A stretch of 64,000 nucleotides of DNA from Thecamonas trahens ATCC 50062 (taxonomy: Eukaryota > Protista > Apusomonadida): positions 232,025 through 296,024 of the forward strand of contig NW_013657630.1 in the NCBI RefSeq assembly GCF_000142905.1, given 5' to 3'. The position numbers and the translations under genes are program-made. The stretch's first letter is position 1. Each line of letters opens with the position of its first letter. This document shows positions 23,139-34,400 of this stretch, in pieces. Below the pieces are notes generated by a model, which saw only the letters and a program-made list of their open reading frames with translations, made no database searches and was not told where the DNA came from.

Positions 23139-24850
23139 CTACTGCGCGATGCCTTCGGCGGCAGCGACGTTGTAGAGAAAGTTGGCGAGGGCACCTTGGA
23201 TGCCGGCGTCGGCGAGGGAGTCGCGGGTGATAGCGGGAGAGCTACTGTCGCGGTCGACGGCGAGGGAGCGGACCTTCTTGATGAGCTCGCCGGTCTTGAC
23301 GGCAAGGCCCTTGATGATGTCACCGTCGGTCATGTCCGGATCGTTGCCGGCGTCGACGAGGTAGGTGGCAAGGTCCTTGACAAACGAGCCGATGGCGAGG
23401 TCGGCCGAGGCGTGCGGAGCGACCGAGACTGAGCGGTCCGAGACGTTAAGAACAACATCGTAGAGGTGGTCGGAGGAGAGGAGGGCTGGCGAGGTGATGC
23501 CGGCGGCGTAGGTCGGCTTGGAGGCGAGCTCGGCGAGCTCGACGTCCGAGGACTGGGAGTAGGGGATGAGGAGCGACCAGTCCTTCTTGTGCCAGACAAA
23601 GAGCGGAAGAGCACGGAGGACGGGCTCGAGGGCGTCGCGGGTGTCCGAGTATACCAGGATGCGCTTGTTGAGGAGCATGGCGCCCCAGACAAGGACGACG
23701 TCGGCACCAAATGTGATGATAACGTCCTTGATCGAGGCGGAGAGCCAAGAGTTGCGGATGTCGATGTCGGCGGCAATGTAGGCGCCGAGCGGACCGGCGT
23801 CGACCTTGGCCTTGAGCAGCGCCTTAAAGTAGGCCTGGAGCACGTTCGAGGTGAGGCCAGTAGCGGCGTAGACGTTGGCCAGAACGGCGCCAAGCGCCTC
23901 GTACTTTTCTGGGAAGAACTCGGTGGCGAGGATGACGACGCTAAAGCCAGTAACCTTGTCGAGGGCGGAGACCCTGTTTTCGTCGTCGAGAACAGCCTGC
24001 AGCTCGTCGTCGAGCTCAAATTCGTCGTCGCCGGCCTCGCGGGCGGCGGTGCGGGCGGCGACAGCCTCGCGGGCAGGGGCGGCGACCGTGATCTCGTCGC
24101 CCGACCGGGTCGTCGAGTAGCAGTAGACCGAGTCAAGCGAAGAGAGCTCAAACTTCGGTGGCGTGCGCTCGGTCAGCTGCGAGCGAGAGCGGAGGACAGT
24201 CTTGAACTTGTCCGGGAGGCCGGGGTACATCCTAAACACGGCACGGTGGGCACGGATTCGTGAGTTGGCAATGAGTGGAGCGGACGCCCAGGATGAGCCC
24301 ATGAGTCGGCCGATGAGCGAGAGCAGTGTGAGCAAGTAGCGTGACGGACGAGTAGACGGCATGGGGCGAGCAAAGGCCATGCAGCGGCAGCAAGACGGCT
24401 CGGACGATCCACAAGTGCCAGCCGGACCGGACGGCATAGATCAGGCCACGCCATTGTGGCGAACCAGTTTGTAGCCTTTGATCCAGTTGACGTCTATCTG
24501 TCCTGTCCATCCGCCCAACGGCATGCCCACCTCGTCTGTCCGTCTATCCGTCCATTCGTCCGCATACTCGCGCTCTCTCCTCCATCCATCCGCCAGTACG
24601 TTCCCCGCGCTCGTGTCTCGGTCCGTCCATCTGCTCGCGAGCGAGCGCGCGCACGGTCACCGTCCCTCATCCTCCCGCTCTCTCTCTCTCTGTCCCTCTA
24701 TCTCTGTCGCTCTATCTCTGCTCCACCACACACCATGACGTACCACGTCCACAGCACATCATAGTTAGAGTCCTTCTCCAGAATGGCCACGCCCGTAAGA
24801 GGGTCTGCGTAGGGAGTCTTGGTCAGAGCATGGATATCCAAGTCCGACAT
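23139..24850 (-). CDS. DENND10: DENN domain protein 10 (FAM45A); exon 24850-24744, intron 24743-24232, exon 24231-23139
   Basis: The spliced N-terminus MSDLDIH..LTGVAILEKDSNYDVLWTW|MYPG matches the FAM45 motif LIEKDxNxEVLWxWxYP. Further motifs: FFPEKYEAL, SIKDVI..FG..V.LVW.AMLLNKRILVY, LRALPLFVWH..DW. GTACGT donor and TTTAG acceptor are in phase. Confidence 0.85.
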
Positions 24851-25492
24851 GGAGGGCAAGCGACGGAGAAGGGGGTGAGGATGAGGGTGGGGTGTGGGGG
24901 GTAGGGGTTGGGGTGGAGGGGGTAGGGGGTAGTGAGGTGGTAGTAGTTGTAGTAGTAGCAGTTGAAGTGGTGGTGGTGGTGGTGGTGGTGGTGGCCTGCC
25001 TCCAGGTCACAGGTTTCGTTGCTGTTGCTCGTTCGCCCAATGATCGTCTGTTGGCCATCAGGACGGCCAGTTTCGCTTGGTTCGTAACCCATGTCGTACA
25101 TAGCCCCATACTCTCATCGATCCCTCTGTCATTCCCCCCTCTGTCATTCTCCCCTCTTCCCCTTTGATCTTATTCACAGATGTGGTCATCTGCTCTCTCT
25201 CTCTCTCCCCTCCCCCCTTCCCCCTCCCCCCCCCTCCCACCCTCTCCCGTCTTCGATCACCCCTCCTCCTCCCTCCCTCCCCACCCGCCTACCGTCATCT
25301 GCATCTAGTCATACACATATATACGATGGTGGCTATGACCATGACCATGACCACCTCCCATCTTGTTGATCTCATTCGTACTAGATCTCTGTCTCTACGC
25401 CGTGGTATGTCGGCAGGTCATTCGTTGGCTTTTGGCTTCAAGCCAGTGCGGCCTTTCGTACACTTGACCCTGCCGTTGGTGAGGCTAGGGGC

Positions 25493-28400
25493 ATGGAGGT
25501 ACTTCAAGCAGCTGGAGTACTCCCACCATTCAGCAGTACGTAACCAATTATACATATACTTGTTCTACATTCTCCCTTGCAACTCATACTCACACCATCT
25601 TCTCTATACCAACTGCTCTGGCTACATTCGGTCGGCGAACAAGCAGTGGCGGGTGATCGCTATGGTGGTGATCACGAGCATGATCGCAATGCTGGCGCTG
25701 ACGGTAGCCAGCACGGCCGCCTCCTCACCGACTCTACTATGAGCCGAGGCATGGCAGCTGGTGCTGCAACTGCAACTGCAGCTCGGGCAGATGCTGCACA
25801 TAATGGACGACAGCTTGGCTTTGTGCTGCAGGCCAGCATGGCTAATGTCAGTGAGTGCTTGGTCTCGGAACTCGCTCTCCGTCGTCTCCTCACTGAAGTT
25901 GCAGGTGACATGCTCGACGTTCTTGTCGAGGGCGTTGATGAGGTGGCACGGCGGAATGGCGCTGCCGATGGCGTCGCGCTTGTCAACGAGAGCAAGGCCA
26001 ACGAGTCTCTTCTTGACGATGGCGTCGTCGCCTTGGAAGACGCATTCGGCATGCTCAGCTACTACGCTGCCCTCCTCGAGCGCTACCTTCTCCTCGTCTT
26101 TGCCGCAGGCCAGGCCACGCCGGGCGTCCTCGACGTCGCACCCACCGCCGCCCGCTTCCTCGTCGACGAAGTTGCGTCCAAGCACGCCAAGGCTCTCGGC
26201 AAGCTTGCGCCGCAGCTCGCATCTACCCATCCGGGCTGCCTCTACTACGTCCGGTTCGCGGAAGAGCTCGCCAAGATCGGAAGCGCGCTCGCCTCAGGCT
26301 CGCTCGGCGCCCAGCAGTATCGCTTGCTCAAGGTCCTCGCCCGCCCCGTCGGTGTGGAGGAGCTGCTCGACGTCTGGGACTCGCCGCATTATGGGCTCAA
26401 CGCCAAGAAGCGATGGGGCGAAGCGAGCCTCGTCATCCGCCGGCTCTCCATCGCGTGCGCATCCTCGCTCGACGCTCTCCGCGTTGTGCAGGAGAGCCTC
26501 TCCAAGGCTGTCCTCGGCTCGCCATCGCCGTCGTGGAAGTTTGTCTACACCTACGTCCAGCTCCTCGACTACACGGTGGCCCACGCCCGCTCGCCCGCCA
26601 TACACTCGATGGCTCTCCACGGCCTGCACATTGAGACCTCGACCCGCGTCGGCGTCCTCGACCTCCTGCACTACAATGCTTTTCGCGTCCCGGCCCGCAA
26701 CAATCTCATCCACTTTGCCGCCGAGCAGATCATGCGTTTTCTCGCCGCGCCGCGCCAGGCCGCCCCGGGCACCGCTGCAAACCACTCGGCCCTCAGCGGC
26801 TCGGTCCGCGCCGCCGCACACAAGGAGCTCGCTGCTTACCAGTCGCTACTCGGCGGCGACCGCGTGTCATTTGCGCTCGAGCCCGCCGACGAGTCGACCG
26901 CGATGCCGTCAGCGTCGGTCGAGACCTCGCTGGATCGCGGCGAGCTTGAGCTCGCCTCGGAGCTTGCCGACGCTCACGTCGAGGCCGCCTCGCTCCGCAA
27001 GCAGCTAGCTTTTCTCCAGTCGCAGCTTCGCGCACGCGACGGCCTCTCCGAGCTCGCCGACGACTCGGCGGCCTCGGACGAGGTTCTCCCGCACGATCTC
27101 GAGGCCGCCCACACCCGCATTGTCGAGCTCAAGCGCCAGCTCGAGGCAGAGCGGCGCGAGCGCGCCGCCCTCGCCGTTCTCAAAAGGGTGGCCACCCAGC
27201 AGCTCGCCGAGCAGCAGACCCGGGTCAAAACGCTACTCGCAGCCTCGGCAGGCTCGCTGGGCGACTCAGAAATGGCAGCAGAGCTTATGGAGCTTAACGA
27301 GGCGCTCTCGCGCGCCCGGACCCGCACCGCGCAGCTCGCCGCCGAAAACGCTGCGCTCTCCGCCGAACTTGCTGCCGCGCACGCCACCATCGACCGCGTC
27401 AACACCGAGGCCACAGCAGCCGCCTCGGTCTCGTCAGCCATGATCGCCCACAACGAGACCGCGGAGGCCTCGATGGTGGTCGTCGAGCACCAGGTCGCCT
27501 CGCTTCGCTCCGAGCTTGACTCGGCCCGCTCCGCCCTCGCCGACGCGCTCGGGGCCAAGGAGCACCTCGCCCGTGAGCTCGCTGCAAGCAAGGTGCGCGC
27601 CGAAGAGCACGCCCACGAGGCCGCCATGCTCGCCGCCCAGCTCGAGTCGTCCACCGCCGAGCTTGCCGCCCTCCGGGCAGCCCACGAACCGCTCTCGCCC
27701 AACGCCAGCAGCGTGGCCCAGGCGAGCGAGGTTGACCAGGTCGGACTCGACGATGAGCTTGTCTTTGGCATTCACGCTGCCGCGAAGCGGCTTGAGCGCG
27801 ACCTGCTCAACCTCTCAGCCGAAGTCGACGCCCTCACCCCAGTCGCGTCGGCCATGCCGCATCTCGCGTCGCGAGTCCAGCCAGGCCTCGACCTGGAGTC
27901 CAACGACGAGGTTACAGCCGAGGTCCACACGCTTCTTCGCTCGTCGCTTGAGGTCCTCTCGTCGGTTCGCGTTGGCGTCCGTCTCGCCAACTCGGCCGTT
28001 GCCGACGAGAACGAACGACTCAAGGCGCAGCTTGCGTCGCTGCTCGAGTCACGCGATGTAGCTGCTGAGCAGAGTGCGCATGCGTCGGCCTTTGCCGGCA
28101 CCGAAACCATCGCCAAGCACGCCCTCGCCGCGTTGCAGTACACCTGCAACGCACTGCTCGGGCAGGACTCGGACGCAGCCGTTGTTGCCTCGGAGCTCCT
28201 GCCGGGCTTTGCCGACCCGCACATCTACGCCCCAGCGTCGGCGTCGGACCTCCTTCACGCTGCCGCCGAGGACGAGGCGCTTGGCGACGCGCTCGGACGT
28301 AGGCTCGAGCCGGTGCTGCAGCGCGCGCGCGAGATGGTGCTTGCTGACGCCGCCCCACCCACCGACGAACGCGACGCGCTCCGCGCCGCGTTGGCGAGCG

Positions 28401-31400
28401 TCACCCGCGACCTGCTGCTTGCTCTGGAGCAGCCGACGGGCGCCGCGAGCACCGACGCGCTCGCGGTCGACGACCTTATCACCGTCTCGCGCAACGCCGC
28501 AGAAAACACGTGCATGGCACTTGCGGCGGCGTCGGCTGATGCCACCGCCACCCGCGCCACCCTCGACTCGCACAAAAAGGCCGACGCTCTTGTTCTTCGC
28601 CCTGCAGCACGCACCCTTGCCAGCATGCTGGAAATGCTTGCCAACGATGCGAGCACTGACGGCGACAGCGTCGAGCCGCTTCATGATGCCGCCGCCGTCC
28701 TCCGCGAGCTCGAGGCTAGCTCGGGCTCGCGCGATCTGCGAATGGCATCAACCGTGCTCGACCGCGGGCTGCAGGCCATGCGCGCTGCTGAGCAGGCGAA
28801 CCAGACCAAGACCGCGCAAAGGCTGGCTGCGGCTCAGGCCGAGGCTGCGGCTGCGGCTGCGGCTGCGGCTGCTGCGGCTGCGGCCGTAACTGCGGCCGAC
28901 GAGTCTCATGAAGCCGAGCCGCCACAAGAGCTCGAGCTGAAGCGGCTCGAAGCTCACCGCGACGTACTCGAGGCCCGGGTGGCCAAGCTCAAGAAGCAGC
29001 TCTCGTCAGCGGAAGCTCAGGGCGAGGCGCTGGCCTTTGAGCTCGAGGTGGCACAGGAGACGCTGCAGGATACCAACAAGGAGTTGGCGGCCGTGGCTGA
29101 GGCGCATGCGGCGTGCCCACCGCAGTTTGCGGCCCTACAGGGTGCACTGGACGATGCCGAGGCCAACCTTGCCGCCCGGCGCGAGGCTGAGGTCGAGACC
29201 ATCCACAAGCTCAAGGCCAACATGGAGGCAGCCGAGGTTGCGCTCCTGCAGTCACGCGACATCATCGAGGACCACGAGGCGACGATTGCCGAGCTCGAGC
29301 ATGAACTCGAGGATGCCGTGAGCGAGCTGGAGAGCGCGCGTAAGGCGGCATCCGAGACCGAAGAGCGCGCGTACGCGCTGCAGGTCCGGGTCCTCGAGCA
29401 GGGCTCGCAGCTTGCGGCGAGCACGTCCGTCTCGATCGCCGCCGAGACCGAAGCCATGGAAGCGCTCCGTGCCGAGGCCGAGGCGGCGTCGGCCGAGGCC
29501 ATGGTGGCTGCAGCCGACGCCGAGGCCGCACAGGCCAAGGCCGAGCTTGCCAAGACTGCACTGGCAACCCGCGAGGCCGAGCTCGGCGAGCGCATTGCCG
29601 AGCTTGAGGCAGAGGTGGCAAACCTTACGTCTGAGGTGCAGAACGACGAGGCACAGCTTGACGCGCTCCGAGCAGCCGACGAGCTGCAGCACGTCATGGG
29701 CGACACGCTGCGGCGCGAGACCCAGGCTCAGATCGCTCAGGTCGAGGCCAAGGCTGAGAAGCACCGGGCGGCGCTCGAGGCCATGGCTGCCAAGATTGAC
29801 GCCGAGTTTGACTCGGATGACTCGGACCTGCACACCTCGCTTGTCGAGGTCTTTGGCGAACAGTCGCTGGCGGTCTCGCTTCTCGAGGACGACGTCTCGT
29901 TGCTCAAAGACGAAGTGGTCGGGCTGGAAGAGCAGTTGCGCCAGTCGCACGCGGCGCTGGCCGACTCCAATGTGGAGATCGAAGAGACGCAAAACCAGCT
30001 TGAGGAGGCACATGCTGCGCTGAAAGAGGCGACCATGGAGCTCAAGGTCCGCGATCGGCTCGCAGCGGCTGCCGAGGCAAAGGAAGGCGTGCTCGAGGCC
30101 AACATCGAGGCTCTGCGCGCCCGCGAGAGCGACCTTGCCGCTGAGCTGGGGACGCTCTTCTCGGAGCATGCTGCTCTGCTCGAGGAGCACGATGTGCTGC
30201 TCAGCCGGGCGGCCATGGCCACGCCGGCGCCGGGCTCGAGCGCCTCGCTGCAGACCGAGCTGGACGCCAAGACCCGTGCGCTTGTCAAGTACCGTGCCGA
30301 GCTCGGCGTTGTCGAGTCGTATCTTGAGGAGGCCGAGGCTGAGCTAGCATCGGCGCGGCTGGCGTCCAAGTCGGCCGAGCTGGCGAAGCTCGAGGCCGAG
30401 CGTGACGCGCTCCGTGCGCGACTTGCTGAGACCGAAAAGGTGCTTGAGCAGACGAGCAGAGAGCAGCCGTTGCCTGCCCAGACCGAACAAGCCTCTGCTG
30501 CGGATGAGGCGCGTCTCAAGCGGATGCGGCTCAAGCTGGCCGAGACTCGGGTCGACGTTGCCGACGCCGAGGCCGAGCTCGAGGCGCTGCGATCGCAGAT
30601 CGAGGACGCACGGGCCGAGCTCGAGCTTGTGCAGTCTGCCGTCGTCGCCACCCCGGTAACGGAAGCTGTCGAAGAGGCGGCGCCGTTGGAGGCTGCAGTT
30701 GCCTCTCCCGAGGCAGAGCTTGAGGCTTCAGCCGAGGCAGTCGCAGTCGCAGACGCAGACGCGGACAAGTCAAGTGCCAAGCAGCGGCGGCGGGAAAAGA
30801 AGCTGCGGAGCTCGCTGAGCGACGCCAAGAACGAGCTCAAGATCCTGCGTGCCAAGCTCGAGGAAGCACGGAGTGTGGCGAGCAAGGCAGTGGATGCATC
30901 CAACGCCGCAGAAACGGCGACGGCTGACGCAGAGACCAAGGCGGCGGCAGCAACGAGCCACGTCACAGAGCTTCAGAACCAGCTTCACGAGTCGGAGCGG
31001 GCGCGGGCATCGGCGCTCAAGTCGATTGCCACGTTCCGGGTTGCTCAGCTCACCCTCGAATCTCAGGCGCTGCAGCTCATCTCTGAAAAGGAGGACGTCG
31101 AGGCGCAGCTGAGCTCGGCGTATGCCAAGATCTACACGCTTGCACAGGAGGCAGCGCAGAGTCAGGCCGAACTCAAGGCGGCGAGCGCTGCCGCGGCCGA
31201 GGCCGAGCGCGAGGTGGCCCGGCTCCAGACCGAGTTTGCCCAGCTCAAGGCGCGGCACTCGGCACTGGTGGCAGGCTCGGGCGTGGCTCAGGCCGCAGCA
31301 ACGGCGCAGCTTGCGAGCGTTGAAGCCGAAAAGAGCCAGATTGAGGCAGCCGAAGCAGCCGGCCAGGCCGAGATCGAGTCGCTCAAGCACCAGCTGGCTC

Positions 31401-34400
31401 TGCTAGAGGAGGCAACTACTCAGGGCCCAGCGGCCGCGGCCGAGGCGGTGGCCGAGGCCAAGGCTGTCGCGGCGGCGCACGCCGATCTGCAGCGGAAGCA
31501 GGTCCAGTCGCAGCTCGACCAGGTGCTGCAGACGCTGGCAGACGCGCGCGAAGCAAGCGCCAAGCAGTCGGCCGAAGTGCAGAAGCTGCGCGCCGAAGCC
31601 ATCGACCATGACGAGCAGGTGGCGTCGCTGGTGGACGACTCGCAGCGGATGCGGGAAATGCTCGAGCAGCGCCGCGACGAGGCAGTGAGTCGCGAGAAGG
31701 AGCTTTTGCGGCAGCTGGAGAACCAGCGCGACGAGCTAGTGCGACTGACGCAGCAGCTTGTGGCGCACCGCGCGGCCGAAGCAGCGCTGCAGCGTGAAGC
31801 TGTCACGGCACCGCAGCTAGTGAGCGAAGGCAGGGGCGAAGGCGAGGGTGAGGTCGAAATCGAGACTGTGGAGTCTGCGAGCAAGAAGCGCCGCCGTCAT
31901 CACCGCGGGCACCGGTCGCGGAAGCAGGCATTGGTCGAGGCTTCGGCCGAGGCCGACTACTCGGACGCAATGGGGACTGTTGCGTCGCTGCAAGCCGAAC
32001 TTGTCGAAGCGCAGGCCGCACGTGACGAGGCAGAGGCCACCGAAAAGCAGCTGCGCAGCACCGTGGACCAACTGAGTGAGCAACTCGCGCTGGCGCGGGC
32101 TTCGTGTGCCGCGTCAGAGGAGAAGACGCTCCAGCTCATTGCCGTCTCCGATTCTGCCGTGCGGACCATTGAGCGGCTGACGACCGAGCTAGCCGCGGCG
32201 CAGAGCGAGGTGGCCACGGCGCAGGCGGCCACGGCGCAGGCGGCAGCAGCTGTTGCACCCATCGAGGCTACCAGTACCGGCGCGATAGCTGGTTCTGAAC
32301 TGGTCGACCAGGTTGTGGAGGCGCGAGCAGCGGCGCTCGCGGCCGAGTCCGAGGTCCGCCGGCTTTCAAGCGAGCTCGCACAGACACGGGAGCGGGCGGC
32401 GGCAGCAGCGGCGGCGGCGGCCGAGAGTCATGGAAGAATGGAGGCTGAGCTGCACTCGATCCGCGAGAAGCTTGCCGAGAACGAAGCCGCGTATGACACG
32501 CTGGCAGCGTCGGGTGATACCGAGCTCGAGAGTGTTCAGGCTCGGCTCCGCGAGGTGCGGACCCGTAACGTGCAGCTCGAGGGCCAGGTGACCGGGCTCG
32601 AGGAGCGCAACGGCGAGCTGCAGCGGCAGCTGCAAATGCAGGCCCAGATCCAGCTGGCTCGGGCAAGCGGCCATGACGATGCTGTCGGTGCGGATGCCAA
32701 GCAGATCCAGGAGCTTGGCGAGAAGATTGTGGCGCTGGAGCGGGCTAAGTCCAAGGCCGAGCTCGAGCGCGAGGCGCTGCGGGCCGAGTACGAAGTGCTC
32801 AAGGCGCCGCAGTCGAAGCGGAAGCACAAACGGCGGCACCATCATCGTCGCACAAGTGCAGCCACTGCTCCTGCCGAGGCTGCTACACCGGTGGCGGAGC
32901 GCATGCATACCGACGCCGAGTACGATGCGCTTGTGGTCAAGCATGCCGACGCGCTCGAGCTCATCGCCGGCTTTGAGGCGCGGGTGGGGCGGCTTCGGGA
33001 GCTTGGAACCGAGTCGGTGGCTTCGTCGAGCACGATGGTGGATGCGCTCCGGAAGCAGAATGCTGTGCTGAGCGAACTGGCACGCGACTTGCGCGAACAG
33101 CTCGAACATGTTGTGGCGGAGTTGCAGCAGGCGACTCGCGAATCGGCCCGCCTCCGGCGTGCGGCACTTGAGGAGCACGGACAAGCGCCTGCTGTCACGG
33201 TTGTCGCATCGGACGATCTGGCCGAACTGCAGAGCGAGCTGGCACGGGTTCGTGACGAGCTTGCCACCTCTCAGCAGGAGACCCGGGAAGCCATGCTGGC
33301 GACTATGCAATGGCGCCTGCAGCAGAGCCAGCTGATGGCGCAGCCTGTTGCGGAAGAGAGGGCAAGCAAGGTCGAGACGAGCGAGGGTCCTGACCGGACC
33401 ACGCTGCTTGAGCACAACAAGATTCTGGCCAGCCAGCTGCACGACCTGCAGGTGGTGTACGACCGGATTGTGGACGAGAACGATGAGCTGCTGATGCGCG
33501 TCGATGCGCTCGAGAGCAAGGATGTGCCCGAGGTGGGCGAAGGTCCTGACCGGGCCACGCTGCTTGAGCACAACAAGATTCTGGCCAGCCAGCTGCACGA
33601 CCTGCAGGTGGTGTACGACCGGATTGTGGACGAGAACGATGAGCTGCTGATGCGCGTCGATGCGCTCGAGAGCAAGGATGTGCCCGAGGTGGGCGAAGGT
33701 CCTGACCGGGCCACGCTGCTTGAGCACAACAAGATTCTGGCCAGCCAACTGCACGACCTGCAGGTGGTGTACGACCGGATTGTGGGCGAGAACGATGAGC
33801 TGCTGATGCGCGTCGATGCGCTCGAGAGCAAGGATGTGCCCGAGGTGGGCGAAGGTCCTGACCGGGCCACGCTGCTTGAGCACAACAAGATTCTGGCCAG
33901 CCAACTGCACGACCTGCAGGTGGTGTACGACCGGATTGTGGGCGAGAACGATGAGCTGCTGATGCGCGTCGATGCACTGGAGCAAAAGCTGGCAGCGTCA
34001 ACGCCGCGGTCACGACCGGAGAGTGGCGACGAGGCCCGGGAGGATGCCGAGGCAGCGGCAGCTGCAGCACAGAACAAGGCGTTGGCGCTGCAGCTGCGGC
34101 AGCTTCTGCGCGGTCATGTTGAGAGTCTCGAGGGAGAACTGTCGGCTGCGCGCCAGCAGCAGAGTGAGCTTGCCGGCCGTGATGAGACTGCGTCTTCTGG
34201 GAGCCACAGCAAGAATTTGGCGCGGCTGCAGGAGCAGAACCGCGAGCTGGCGTTGCAGCTCAAGGAGGTGCTACAGGCGCAGGTCGAGCGACTCGAGAGT
34301 GAGCTGCAAGTTGCGAGGGTGCAGCAAGCCAAGCAGGAGGAGCAGACCCGCAAATTCCGGTCGCTGTCGGAAAACAACCACGCGTTGGTTGTGCAGATCC

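Noticed and set aside
22772-23323. N-terminal extension of ORF 19967..23323 including the (HT)n run
   Set aside because: It overlaps the DENND10 3' end in another frame and runs through poly-C and (CA)n intergenic DNA. The ATG at 22771 is more plausible.
24232-24437. N-terminus of ORF 23139..24437 (MPSGPAG...)
   Set aside because: It lies inside the 512-nt intron; the family-conserved N-terminus is in the upstream exon 24850-24744.
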